This document shows positions 27,140 to 41,400 of a stretch of DNA of 64,000 nucleotides, piece by piece. Numbering within the stretch: position 1 is the first letter of the stretch; each line of letters starts with the position of its first letter. The notes under the pieces are model-generated. The model was given only the letters and a program-made list of their open reading frames with translations. It did not search any database and was not told where the DNA came from. The DNA comes from Octopus vulgaris (taxonomy: Eukaryota), in assembly GCA_951406725.2 (NCBI GenBank), contig OX597824.1, positions 36,084,001 through 36,148,000 of the forward strand, read 5' to 3'. A program made the position numbers and the translations under genes.

Positions 27140-27142
<3 letters not shown>

Positions 27143-27372
27143 GGTTGGCCAAAAGTCACCTGACAGTAAATCAAAACCATTTAATACCAAGATTTATTTA
27201 TGTTTAACAACTGAATGAATTTAATAAAAGCATCTAAATATGAAACATGATGAAAATTGTTCAAGCTGAAGTCCTTCTTGAGCAACACATTTTTCCATCT
27301 GAGTCAATACAGAATTACAGATAGTATTTATGAAATTTTTATTTACTGTCAGTTAACTTTTGGCCAACCTTG
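27140..27372. mobile_element. Tc1/mariner MITE
   Basis: About 32-bp TIRs CAGGGTTGGCCAAAAGTCACCTGACAGTAAAT / ATTTACTGTCAGTTAACTTTTGGCCAACCTTG; TA TSD. Confidence 0.9.
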
Positions 27373-27949
27373 TATGCATGTATCTAATGTATGTATATAC
27401 ATATATATATATATTATACACACACATCATCATTGTTTAATGTCCGTTCTCCATGCTAGCATGGGTTGGACGGTTTGACCGGGATCCGGGAAGCCAGAAG
27501 GCTGCACCAGGCTCCAGTCTGATCTGGCAGTGTTTCTACAGCTGGATGCCCTTCCTAACGCCAACCACTCCGTGAGTGTAGTGGGTGCTTTTTACATGCC
27601 ACTGGCACAGGTGCCAGGCGAGGTTGGCAATGGCCACGATTGGATTGGTGCTTTTTACGTGCCACCGGCATGGAAGCCAGTCAAGGTGGCGCTGGCATCG
27701 GCCATGTATATATATATACATACATACATAAATACACCAACACATTAAAAGCTTCCTTGTTTTACATTCTGTTAACTGAGTATTCCACTACACCATTCAT
27801 TACAGAACCTAACAGTTTATAAGCAGCTTCTATTTCATGGCTATGAGCAAGGAACAATCTTTCCTATTACACAGTGCTTAACAATAACTAACTTTTGTGT
27901 CACCAGAATTAGTTAATTAATCATTCCCATGCATGGTTGCACTTTGAGC

Positions 27950-28900
27950 AGTAGTTTTCCTCCAGTATTCTATCATTTGCATGATCTATTTTCTGGAGTC
28001 TGTTGATTACCTTCTAATCATCTTAAATAATTGAAAGCTATGTAGCCAGTAGTCTTACCTTCTTCCTGTTGATGTTGGTTTAGCATATAGATAATCTGTA
28101 CACTGTAAGATGCGACCAGCCAATAAGATACTTTGTTCTGTTACCATATCTCAGAGTCTGTGATGATGCACTTCTAAAGTCTTCATCATTTCTGACATGA
28201 TCAGAATTTTACACAACTTTACTCAAACATCTTTGGTGAAAGATAGACAACATTTTGATAATTTTTGTAATTTTTCCCATGTTTTGCCTGCATGTAACAC
28301 TGTTGCCATTAGCTGAACCATGGTACTATACAGGAAGATCTCTGCTACAAGTGCAAAATATCATCATAGGAGTCCAGGTTGGCCAATAATCTTTTGTTAT
28401 TCAGACTGGTTGAAATCAACAGCTTGGTAGCAAGTAGAAAATATATCTCAATCAACATTTTCTGCATAAAATCTGTGCTTAACGGTCTTTCTACATTACC
28501 TTAAATATTTAAATTCTCCACTTTTAAAGAAATCAGCAACAATGAATATCTATTTAAGCATATGTTTACATTTCCTGATAAAAAATTATCTGTCATCTAA
28601 GTAATAACCAGAGAATGCTTAACAACCTGAAGTAACACAGAAGCAGGCTGTTCTTAGTGTGTTTCAATAGACAGTAGGGTGCTCACTTGTCTCTGTGTCA
28701 ATGATAACAGCATTGTGGTTTGTAATTCCCTCATGCTTGAGAAGACTAGCACTGTGTGAACACTAGCATGAAGGGCTATGTAGACAGTTACTCTGCTCTC
28801 TAGATGAAGTTGAGTTTTGAGCATTTAGCTCTGACACAACAAATTTCAGCTTGAGTAAGAGTCATTATCTCTAGCTGCAGGAGTGGTATCACTGCTCTCA
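27950..28900 (-). mobile_element. Old RTE-like LINE fragment
   Basis: Minus strand VLHAGKTW...IFHQRCLSKV...DHVRNDE...LLAGRIL resembles LYG.ETW...F..RCLR.I...DH..NEE...WAGHILR. Confidence 0.55.
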
Positions 28901-29291
28901 CATGCACAGACAATAAGGGCAAAAAAATAAAATTCTGCTATCATGTCTGCTAACTCTTTAAATGTTCGGCAAAAGAAGTGCCCTTGCTTGATGCAAAAGA
29001 ATGCTATTCATTTGTAAAGAGTGGCTGGAAAAGTAACTGGGGAAGCTCCAAACTTAAAATTAAGGTGTCATTAAAAATAATGGTCAAGCACTCAAAGTCT
29101 TGGCAATGTCCAGAGCAGCCCTGTCATTATAGGTCTAATATGCAACCTAGATAAGTTCAAAATATATTGATTTCAAGTAGAAATGTTGATCAATAATAAA
29201 TTAATGAATTATTGTGAGAAGCTGTTATCAAGGTCCCCCATATGTAAAATATTTCATTTTGCATCTTCTACCGACAACTAGAAGGCTTTAA

Positions 29292-29511
29292 CCCTGTAGT
29301 GTTCAGATTATTCTATCAAATGTGATGGTTGTTTATTTATATTGTTTTGAATTAATCATACATTATCTTGTAGTTTAGATATTTCAGTGATGTGATTTTT
29401 TAGTTTTAGAATGACATGGCAGAGCTGAGGTGAGAGGTGGCATCTGGTCAGTTTCAATATAAAACAGGTTAAATATTTTGGCTGGATATGGCCGGTTTGA
29501 ATGCTAAAGGG
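29292..29511. mobile_element. piggyBac-like MITE
   Basis: TTAA TSD; CCCTGTAGTGTTCAGA / TTTGAATGCTAAAGGG termini; second copy 40443-40661, partial copy 44195-44390. Confidence 0.85.
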
Positions 29512-29916
29512 TTAAAATTAAATAACCTGCTAAATTAACACCAATATAAGGAAATATACTTCTTAAATCAACAAATACATATTGTAATTAAAAGGACAGC
29601 CACAAAGCCATAGCTAAAACACAAACCGAAAAATTCTGTTAGTCTCACAGGCAACAATAATGAAAAACAAAATAATAACAGTAACAACAAAAGGTAACAA
29701 ATATTGGATTTTTACTCTTTAGCAATGTTTTGCAAGTGAAAACTTCAACATGGTTTTAGTGTGGAAAGGTTAGTAGTTGTGTATAGAGAGTAATTTGTAT
29801 AGAATAAAAGTTACATGCATCCATAAATGATTTAAAACATGAAATAGTTAGGACGAAGGAAGAAGAAAAAGTAACGAGAGTGAAGCAAATAGAGAGGAAA
29901 CAGAAGATAGATAGAT

Positions 29917-29974
<58 letters not shown>

Positions 29975-30324
29975 GAGGAGGGTTTGACAATGTCTTTATT
30001 TCATGTTTTCTAATCTCTAAGACAGAACAGATATATAAAAAAAACAAACAATTATTTACAGTTTCAATAAAGCCATTGAATAACAATATCATCATTTTAA
30101 AATCTGTTTTCCTTTGTTGTCAAGACATCAATCATCTGTTGAAACCATTTATTCTTTATTTTTTTTCCATCACTTTACTTCTGCTCTTACTAGGATTTAA
30201 TATATTTTTCACCAAATAGTCACATGTAATTTTCACCAAAGTCATTCTATATTTTTATATACAAACCTGACTGGTCAAATATTCACCATAATACATGTTT
30301 GACAGTGTAGTCAATCATTCGGTA

Positions 30325-31072
30325 TAGAGGTGTGTCTGTGTGGTAAGAAGCTTGCTTCTCAACCACTTGGTTCCTGTTCAGTCCCACCGCATGGCACCTT
30401 GAACAAGTGTCTTCTACTATAGCTTCAAGCTGAACAAAGCCTTGTGAGTGGATTTGGTAGACAGAAACTGAAAGAAGCCCACCGTATATGTGTGTGCGTG
30501 TGTGTATGTATATATATATATATATATATAAGTGTGGTGAGAGCCACTGACAAGCATTAAAATGTGAAATCATTGATGATCTAGCTACGTCCACTGCTGT
30601 AGGGAACTTACCTCCCTTGTCAGTCATTAAGATAGTGTTTTTCGTGGCTATTGAGCTGTTTTTGACTCTTATTGCTAGCAATACTGGTACTGATTAGTGC
30701 CTGTTGGCACTTTAGTGACATCTATATTTCTGTATTTAGGTTGTAAAATTGCGAATAAGCCACCCATATTATTTATAAATATATATACAATATATATACA
30801 AATATATATATGTATAAATATATATATAAATATGTATATATTTCTCTGTGTGTGTCTTTGTGTCTGTGCTTGTCTCCCCACCATTGCTTGACAACTGATG
30901 TTGGTATATTTATGTCCTTGTAACTTAGCAATTCAGCAAAAGAGACTGTTAGAATAAGTGTTAGGCTTACAAGGAATAAATCCTGGGGTTGATTTCATCA
31001 ACTAAAACACTTTAAAGCAGTGCTCCAGCATGGCTGCAGTCAAATGACTGAAACGTGTAAAAGAATAAAAGT
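30325..31072 (+). mobile_element. SINE family A with an insertion in its central microsatellite
   Basis: Head 30325-30485, tail 30850-31072; unrelated sequence at about 30531-30770 lies between TA tracts. Confidence 0.75.
30542..30586 (+). ncRNA. Decayed minimal hammerhead motif
   Basis: AGCCA-CTGACAA-GCAT taaa ATGT-GAAATCATTGATGATC-TAGCT; the two core/stem II deviations are CpG-type transitions, plus one G>A in stem I. Confidence 0.55.
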
Positions 31073-32171
31073 ATCTTTTTTAGATCAATGCTACTAAACA
31101 GTTAGCATTCACGGCAACCTATCTCTTAATTCTATCAATCCCATTCTAAGTTTCATAAATGGTTTGTGATTAGAAAATAAGGAAAGCCAATTTAGGTGTA
31201 ACAAAGGTATTTCACAAGTAGATAAAGGAGCTTCTACATAATTGCTCAAGCTGTAGACAAAAGAATGTCTAGAGCCACCAAAAATGCATTTTCACTTATA
31301 AAAATTAAGACATACCTCTTTGTAAAATAGTGTGGTCACATCTAGGAAGTTGATGGAAAGATTCATGTGTGTGTATGTGTGTGTGTGTGTGTGCGTGCGT
31401 ATCTTTCACTGATGTCTATCAGCAAGAAGCTGATAAAGTTGCCGCAGCTTTCAAGCAAAAATACCTTGTAGTATTTATTCCACCTCAGTTACACAATCCC
31501 TCTCTCATCACTTTTGCCATAAGAAATGCCTGAAACAGTGACTCACCTGCTGAAAACTTAGAGCCAACCCCATTATTGTTCACAAAATACATAGGGTAAA
31601 ATTTTGTTTTAAAAATCAATCACACATTTCTGTGCCCAATATATTCTTAAACAATGCCAAATGGAACAACTAAATAACAACAATGGCATCTTTTTCTACT
31701 CAAAGCGAAAATGTAACAACTTTTTTATCATAATATCTAAGAGAGAAAGATTTTACAATTATATCAATGGTAATTTACAAGTAAAAGGATTCTTTTCACA
31801 GATTTTGTTGGAAATTCTTTACACTAGAGTATCAGCTTTAATTGTATAAGTAAAATTAATTAAAAGACAACTTCACTGGGAAGAAATGTAAGAGCAGAGT
31901 AATGAAAAAAAAATGATGTTTGTTAATATATTCCTGGGAAGAATCTCAAAAATGGTCATATCTCTTTATGATAGTTATCACTAGAAACACCAACAAAGTA
32001 AATTTCATTTGTAGAAAACAACATTCTTCATTGATGATGAACTTAAGAAAATATAACAGATAAAAATATATATTTTCTATAAATGCCATGATAATATTGT
32101 AAATGCCATCAAGCCTTGGAATATTGTGTCCAACACATTGTGATGTACTGCTTGAAGAATCAACATTAAAT

Positions 32172-32488
32172 TTATTCTTGATAAAAATGTAATGATTCTA
32201 AAGCAAGGTCATGTGTATCTGTTATATTAGCAAAAGTGTTGGTTGAACTTAAATCTGATAGATATTTACTGAATGTGTCTTCTGATAAAAATCCAATATC
32301 TTCTGCTTGAGATAACTCCAAAGCTTTCAATATAGAACTAGAACTTTCATAAGTTGGCTCTACTGAAAATAGATCAGTGGGTGGAAATGTTGGTACTTCA
32401 TGTTGAATAGGGTTAGAAGGCATTACACAGTTCAAGTTACTAGGTTCTTCAAGTTTCATATCATAGTTCGAAGTATGTGGCATTACTT
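32172..32488 (-). CDS. rel: Rel terminal coding exon, acidic S/T/P-rich putative transactivation domain
   Basis: Strong polypyrimidine acceptor (tttttctttag); [15 protein letters not shown]...LHFYQE then TAA. Confidence 0.85.
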
Positions 32489-35400
32489 CTAAAGAAAAAA
32501 AAGACAAAAAAAGAAAAGGTTACAAGAATATCAGCATTAAACATTGTCTATTAAAGAGAAAAATAATCCACAAAAATCCAAACTAAAGCATGATGTTACT
32601 CATGGTATATCTAATATTCATATTTCATTGCTATTATTATTATCATCATTATTGTTATACTTCTGACAGAAGCTTGACAGGTATTTTTGTTATCACAACT
32701 AGTCTTTGTTGATATTATTGTTTAAAAGGGAAGCATAAGACAATAGTCTTTGTCCCCAGAAAAAAGACTGGTTGCTGTGTATGCTCTGACTGGATTGGGG
32801 TAGCTGGATTTCTTCAGATGTTTGGAGGTCTTTCTAGGGATGTCTCCTCTTTAGTGTTAGTGGGTGACTGGTATGCCATCTTGGATGCGTGTGTGGATTG
32901 GGTGAGGCTAGCGGATAGAAAAGATGGGTGCGCAAGCCTCACAATCCGGCTCAGTCGTTTCCAACTGGCTCACAGGTTCAGACTGGATTACCCAAATGCC
33001 TCAGTGTGGACATGGACAAACAGCATCAGGTCAACCAGATCTTATCTAGATAGGATATTTTGTAGGCCAGCAGATAGGGATAGCATAGGTTATCCACAGT
33101 TCGAACTCGTCAGCTATACAGACCACAAATTTGTGATCTGTATGGTTGACTTAGGTAGGCTTCATAGGCAGAGTCCCAAATACTGGAAGCTGAACACATT
33201 CTTCCTGGCACATCAAGGTTTCAGAGGCTGACTTAGCAAGTTACTCCATTGAAAGATGACAGGTGCAAGTTGTCAACAACTGATGGTAGGTAGTGCCAAA
33301 ATGGGAGATTAGAGTAGAAGCTGTAAAATTTAGCAGGGAACTAGTGATAGAGAAGACTAGAGTAGAGGGAGATCTAGTTAGGAAACTGGAAGAGGCAATC
33401 ATTTGAGGCATAGTGACTGATGTGCTGGCAGCGAGATTGGTTCTGAATCAATTCTTCAACACCAAGCATGAAGGTTGCATTGTCAGAGCTAGGGCACGTA
33501 CTCCAAAACAGGTGGGAACAAAAGCCGTTCAATGGGCCTGGGTGGCCAAGGCGCAACGTAGTAATACAATTTGGTCTTTGAGGGGTCCAAGCAGATTTGT
33601 GGAGAATTTCAGCAGTACTTCGCTGAACTGGATAGGGTGTGTGGTTGTCCTGAGGCAGAGGTGAATTTCATTTCCTACCTTGATGGTCTGCCACAGCTTT
33701 CAGCCAGGGATGTGGAGTTCTGTGAAATGTTGATACTAGCTGAAGATACAAGTGACGCATTGGCTAGTTGCACAAGGGAGAAGTCTCTAGGATTGGATGG
33801 TCTGCCCTTCAAGCTTTATATTCATATGCCAGACTTGTTTGGTGAGCTTTTGCAGGGTGTCTACCACAACTGGCAGCAGAACAGGAAAGTCCCCAGATCT
33901 GAGGTGAGGTGTGGTAGTGGTGCTACTGAGAAAGGATCCGAACAAGGGGAACATTGTTGATAATTTTCGGCCTGTAAATCTGCTAAATGCAAGTTACAAA
34001 ATTTTGGCCAAAGTATTTGCAAAGAGGTTGGTACTTGTTGTCAACAGACTGGTGCATGATGTGCAGACTTGTGCTATTCCCATCAGATCTATCCACAACA
34101 ACCTCCACCTCACATGATACACTGTAGAGAGGGTTGGTAAAGAACATGGCATGGGTGGGGCCTTAAGGTGGCTGATTTTGGTCCCATTTTCAGATGCTGG
34201 ATTGCTGCAATGTACAGCAACATCTGTTCGGTGGTCAAAGTAAATGGCCACCTGTCAGAATCATTTAGCATAGCACGTTTGGTCCATCAAGGATGCCCAC
34301 TCTCACCCCTTCACTACGTACTGGCACTCGAGCCATTACTGTGGAAGGTGGATGTTTCAAGGGGCATTCTGCATGAACTTTGTTAGCTTGACATGCTGTT
34401 AATAATCCAGAAATTAAATTATTTTAATAATTGATAATCTCAGAAATTAAGGTAAAAAGTTGCTAAAACAATTATACAAAACCTGCTTAAGTTATACACT
34501 TTCTCTAATTATCAATTATCAATGACTATTATCTTGATTATGATTTTGTCCAACATTGTTTTAGAACTGAAAGATTCTAGATAGGAACTAACATTTACAA
34601 CTTCTAAAACATATTCTCTGGTGGATAAATAGTGGAAACAAAATCGAAGCTACTTCTGAACTGTTTAACAAGTGTAGCAAAGTCAGGTCAGGTCTGGGAT
34701 GTCAACACAAGCTGATGAGACCTGTGACTAGTACCAAATAATCCAGTACTACTTATTCCATGATCGAGTGGTCAGTAACTAAACTGACATCCCAACTTGA
34801 ATAGCTTGCTACTCTTGTGAGGAGGGTGTCTGAACACCCGGCAGGACTAAAAACAAGACCTGTTGAAGGGTCGAAGAATCCCTTATGGACCAATGGTCAT
34901 CCACTTGAGGAAGGCAATGGCAAGCCATCTCAATGTCTCTGCCAAGAAAACATTGTGAGGAAGTCAGAATGAAGTAATGCCATGGCCTTATCCAATGAAA
35001 GAACTTGCACTTAATCAGGAAGACTTCTAGTGTAGAGCCATCAACACACTGGAAAAGTGTATGATACATGATGATGATGATAGTGATGATGATGATGAGG
35101 AGGAGGAGTAAAGTCATAATAACCTAATGTAGTCAATTCTTTTAATGACAATAATAACACCAGTAATATTCATAATACTGAAGCTCGAAGAAGACAGTGT
35201 AACAAATATTCCTTTTCTTGAACATTTTAATTCAAAACTATTCTCACTTTATCAAGTTAGTAAAATTTTAACACTTACCACTTTTGCCTCCTCGAATTGC
35301 TCGCAAGCGAAGACGGTTTTTTAGATCATTTTTGCTAATAGTTTGCGCATCTGAAGCACCTGGAATAGATCAAGTTGCATGTTAATGCTATCTCTGCAAA

Positions 35401-38400
35401 AATGGTTCAAATGGCTTAAGTTAAATTCTGCTGATCTACCATTAGTTTTTAATGTGGGAAATACCTAAACATTGCTTATTCAAATGTTTGCAGTTCATTT
35501 ATTGTGGAAAGTGACATTTCAGAAAAGACTCAGTTTCTTTTTTTAATATAAGTCATTTAAGCTAAAGATAATGTTGTGCACGTGTGCATGTTAATTAATT
35601 ACACAACAATAACTAAAAAAACAGATACACTTAAAAACATGATGACAAGAAACATGTTGATAATGAAAAAAAAAGGCATTGGAGGGGCAATGCATACCCT
35701 GTACGCAGATAAATTTTTTGGTAAATTATAGTGTAGATTACATGTTGTTTACCATGCTTTTTAATTGAACTGAATTTTTTTTTTAAGTATCACCATTATA
35801 GGTATTTATATTCGGTGAAATTAAGAAATCAACTTGTAAATAAATGAAACCCTCAAATCCATCATGTACACACACAGAGTCTATGTATGTATGCACATGT
35901 ATCTACATGCATAGGTACACCATGATCTATACACATGCAGATGAGGGTCGACTCATGAGAAAAAGAAAGTGAAGAAAATAATGTGATTACTTGCTTATCA
36001 AGAAATTTCTAAGTTCGATTAAAAATTTTTTATTTTAAGTATCACCATTATAGGTATTTATACTCTAGTGAAATTAAGAAATCAAGTTGTAAATAAATGA
36101 AGCCCTCAAATTCATCACTGCACACACACCCATGCATGCACACACACACAAACAGTCACATATCTATGTATATATTTATGTACGTATGTGTATATGCACA
36201 TGTGTCTATACACAGAAGTACACCATGATCTATAAACATGTAGACAAAGGTCAATTCATACGAAAAAAAAAAGTGAACAAAAGAACATGACCACTTGCTT
36301 ATCAGAAAATTTGTAAGTTCGATTTAAAAAAAAAAATTTATTTTTTAAAAGCTAATCAAACCAAATGCTCATCATTTCAAGCCTCTCACCCAATGAGTAT
36401 TTCTGCCAAATGTGGTGACAATTCGTTCAGCTGTTTTGCAGTAATTTTGCACACACACAGACAAAGTCGAGTAATTACAATACCCTGCTTTTGCTTAAGC
36501 ATAAGTTGATAAATTAAATGCAATTACTAATAGACATGGACACACAAACATTGAAACAAACTATTTTAGCCAGACATTTTTAAAGCTTATTAACCCCTTG
36601 ACAATGGTTGACACAAATATGCGATCACACTTTTGCTTGCCTACATGTGGTTAATGTAAATATATGATATAGAGCTGCCATACATCTATCCCGGACTTTT
36701 TAGCATCTGATGTATGTTTACGTTCGCTATCGTGTACTTTATCTCTTGAGGTGTGCACGCTCGCCGTCCCGTGCATTATCCTAGCTATTTTAGGTTACGG
36801 TCAAGTCATGAAACTAGCTGTAGACCAATGACATGTGGATACTTTACATGCATAATACTGTGTTTTGAGTTGTATCACACACAAGCTATTTTTTTAACTT
36901 GAGCAGAATAACTCATGCATATCATATTATGATAAATAGCTTCACATAGTTCGTTTTCATAAACCGGTATACGTAAATGTAAGATGCTATGTTACTGTAA
37001 CGATGAAAGTAAACAGACGCGAGCTCGTTGGCACTTGTGTGTTTGTGTGGCCTCATTAGATAAAAAAACCCCAGAGCAGTGTCTTGTATGCTTCGGGTAA
37101 TACCGGCGTCAAGGGGTTAAGTAACTTACAGGAAATCTGTTACTCTAGTTAGAGGCAACATATCAATATATGTGCAAATTTTAACATATAAGAACAAAAG
37201 TGACAGCCTGCTTTTGCTCCAGATGCTAATTAGTTTGTTAGGTGATGGTACTAATATTAGTTCAATGATAAAATTTGAAAAAAATATTCAAAAGGCTTTA
37301 AATCGAGTCCTGAATGCATTCTTGAACCAACATTATTTGTACAAGGTTCAGTGCCTGACCATTTTTCAAGTAATATTTTATTTAAATCACTTGATGAAAA
37401 ATTGGATGAATCAAAATCATATATTAAGTGTGCATGGAAGAAGTAGATATGTCACTTTATCTGCTATTAATTTATTGATTAAATCATTAAGCAAGTTGTT
37501 GCTCAAAGTACGATTAGCAGCAATTTTTCAAAGAAAGTTTCCATAAACTTGGATTTAAAAATTGCTAAAATTCATCAATGCATGATGTTAATGTCAATAA
37601 CAAACATTGCAGAATGTAAATAAATGGCAGAGGAAAGGGTCTAAAGTGCTCTACCTAAAATTAGAGCGTTCAAAAAGTCATTTAAGACAAATGAAGACAG
37701 GAATGGTTTCAGTTGGTATAAAACTGATAGATATGGCTTCATGTAGACTTGTGAATGTTACCAGTTTTGCCTGTTATCTACAGCTGGTTATGTACAGCTG
37801 GTCTTTACTTTAATGGATCATTATCAAATATTAATTGCATAGTTTTGCGACATAGTTTGTTTGATCAGACATGATTGATACTTCAGAGCAACAAAATCCT
37901 TGTTGACACTCTAAAACTTGTAGCTGTGGGGATCTGCATTACCAGGAATTGGTTAGAAAACACTATCATTTTTGTTTTATTTTTTGCTTTCTTTAATACA
38001 TACATACACACACACACATACATACATATATACACACACTCACACACACACATATGTGTATAAATTACGCTTTAATTGACATAAAGTTTCCCCCAAATTA
38101 AACATATCTAATATAATAAATGTGAATGTCAGTGTGTCACACTTTTTCAACTTTAATAAAACCTTTCTACTGGAAGCACAAGGCCTCAAATTTTAGGGGG
38201 AAGTGATTAAGTTGATTACATTGACCCCAGTGCATAACTGGTACTAATTTTATCAACTCCGAAAGGATGAAAGGCGAAGGTGACCTCAGCGGAATTCGAA
38301 CTCAAAACCTAACGACAGACAAAATATCGCTAACGATTCTGCCAGCTCGCCAACTTAATATAATATAATATAATATAATAAATGTGAATGTCAGTGTGTC

Positions 38401-41400
38401 ACACTTTTTCATCTTTAGTCGTAGAGGCTGTAGCCCAACATATCATACTATTTTTGAATCAGGCTGACTCCGTGAGTAAATTAAAAACATTCCAGGCTAA
38501 ATCTAGACCCACAATCCTGAAATTTTTTACATGATTTTTTGCGACGAATATGATCATCATTGGGATATGACTCTGGAGGAAGCAATTGTAACAAATTCTT
38601 CAAAACAAGTCAGAGATCTGTTTGCAGATCTTCCTATTCAGGATCAGTTGCTAAAAAGCTATATACTAGCTAAAAATCAACCTGATAGGGCAGCTTTTAA
38701 GCTAGTATATTTATATTCCCACTTAAAAAAATACTCAAGTCTTTTAATCATTTCCTTCTACAGGTGACTTAATTATCAATAGTTTTAAGTATATCATGAC
38801 CAATTAAAGGCAGCAATACAATTCACACTAGTTAAATTATTGAAGTGTGTACAGAAGGCAAACAAAACTTTTACGTTAAATGGACACCCTACTCATCTAG
38901 AAATACAGAATTACAGTATTCTGAAACATGTTCTACAACCAAGGAATAGTGCTTTAAGGTAGCAAGGTACACTGCAGAAAACATCTTAAAAATATTAAGA
39001 AAACTTTTGGTGGCTATTACTATTGCAATAAGTGCAGAAAGCAATTGAAATTTACATATTAGAAGCTTTTATGACAACCTTGAGATTCTATCATTGTCTC
39101 AGACATTAGTGGACATTAGTAGATATCTAAGACATTAGTACACATATAAGACAGATTAATTGCTCAAATTAGTCAGGAAAAATTATTTTAGAAGGTATTA
39201 TCTTTAAAAGAGTTACTAATAACTAAAACAGAGGAATAAACTGCCAATTTGATATAATGCTTACATGCTGTGTGAACTTTCCGCTTTCTCTTCTCTTCAA
39301 TCCTGTCTGGATCTATAAAAAGTGAAATTAGATAAGAGCAAATTTTAATTATCCAGAGAGAACACTAGTGATGATTTAGACAAAGATGATGGTCTTTAAA
39401 AATAAAAAATAATCATTAAAAATTTGCTTTCTAATTGTCAATATAAGCAGGAGAGAAGCCATGCTTGTTATTACAAATTCTATCAATTGATAATCTAAGA
39501 AGTTTTACAACTTGAAGTAACAAAAACAAACAAAAAATGAAAATTATTAATATTTCACAAATCACGAAGTATTCAAGTTGAAACCAGCTGGGCTCTTCCT
39601 TCATATTCTTGCTTTGTTTTAAATCTGGTTTTCTTGATGTTGAATAATTTTGTTTTTAAAATTTGTTTGCCAGCCAGTCATAATTTTGTAAGGAAAATTC
39701 AAAAGATGACATTGTTGCATGCTGGATTGGCTCTTAGAGACATGAGAATCAGTAAATAAAGATGGAGAGAGAAGTACAAATCCACATTATTTTACAGCTG
39801 GATACTAAAAATTCTGTGAGGTAACCAGCCTATGGAACTGTAAATAAGTACTGTATAACTACACTTTCACTTTAGTAAGTAGCAATGATACTTTTGCAGA
39901 GCTGGACACAAATTATTCATTAGTCCTAACGTATAACACCAGTATACCTCCTTCTCCACAATTGCTACAAAAAGATGGTTTCAGTTATTCTCCAATAATC
40001 AAATGAGTTTAAAAATACTATTTTCATAAAATAATCACGAAATGAATAATTTTACTTCAAGCTGTCTTACAAAAACACCCAGAGTTAAACATTTTATGAT
40101 ATGCTTCATAGATTGCTTGTAACCTTATTTATCCTTCAACTAAAAATATTTCATGGATTTCTTGACCTATCAAATTCATATAAGAATGTAAAATGGAAGG
40201 AAAAATAATAAATTTCAAAGATGCATTTAATGTATGCTTATTTCTGAAAGGAGTTCTGTCTGTGAAGAAAATGTGAGATGATTAACTTGAACATGGAAGA
40301 CTATAAAAAAAAAAAGAAAAAGAAAAAAATTAAATGAAAAAAAATGAAAATGCAGTTTAAAGCTTTTAAAATCGAGGGATTATTAAATGTAGAGAAGATT
40401 AACAGTATTTTCATACCAGTCACTATCCTTCCACAAAATTAACCTTTTAGCATTCAGATTACTCTGTCAAACAAAATGCTTATTAATTCACATTGTTTTG
40501 AATTACTCTTGCATTATCTTGTTGCTTTGACATTTCAATGATCTGAATGTTATTTTTAGAATAATATTGTAGGATGGGTGTGAGAAGCTGGATCTGGCCA
40601 GTTTGAACTTAAAATAGGTAGAAAATTTTGGTTGGATATGGGTGGTTTAAATACTAAAGGGTTAAATTACAGAATAGATAGTAAAGAAGAGGCTCCTTGT
40701 TTTGTAAAAAGAGATTCATAGATTCCAATGAGAGGCATTACCATTAACTAAAAAAAAACAAGTTTGGCAGGTGTAGCCATATGGTTCTGGGTTCAGTCCT
40801 ACTGTGTGGCATCTTGGGTTGACCAAAGCCTTGTGAGTAAATTTGGTTGACAGAAACTGAAAGATGTCCATTGTTTGTGTGTGTGTGCATGTGTGTGTGT
40901 GTGTGTGTTTGAGTCTGTGCTTGTCCCCGCATCACTGATTGTCAACTGGTGTTGGTGTATTTACGTCCCCATAACTTGGACATTTGGCAAAAGAAACTGA
41001 TAGAATAAGTACAAGGCTTAAAAAATAAGTCCTGGGGTTGATTTGTTCGACTAAGACCCTTGAAAGCAGTGCTCAAGCATGGCTACAGTCAAAGGACTGA
41101 AACAAGTAAAAGAATAAAAAAATGAAAGAAAAATACGTAAAAGATGTTGGTGTTTTATGTTTGATTAGTATTACTGGTATTACAGTAATGAAGAGGAATA
41201 TATATTAACTTACCAGGATCTTCTGGTTGGTAGGTGAACTTGATTGGATTACTTGATGCAAAATCTGAAGGTCGAACTAACTGTAGTAATACAGTCACAT
41301 CTTTTGTAATTCTGATATTCCTATAGGGTGGCGTTTTGAATACAATAGCGTACTAAGATAAGAGAGAAGAAAAATAATAATAAATAAATAAGCTATGTAA

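Noticed and set aside
31080-32176. AU-rich elements and an AATAAA overlapping the Rel stop codon
   Set aside because: Expected by chance at this AT content; the UTR end cannot be fixed without transcripts
37640-37660. Alternative Rel terminal exon (ctaattttag|GTAGAGCACTTTAG, giving a TAD-less isoform)
   Set aside because: Only an acceptor-like motif; no supporting evidence in AT-rich sequence
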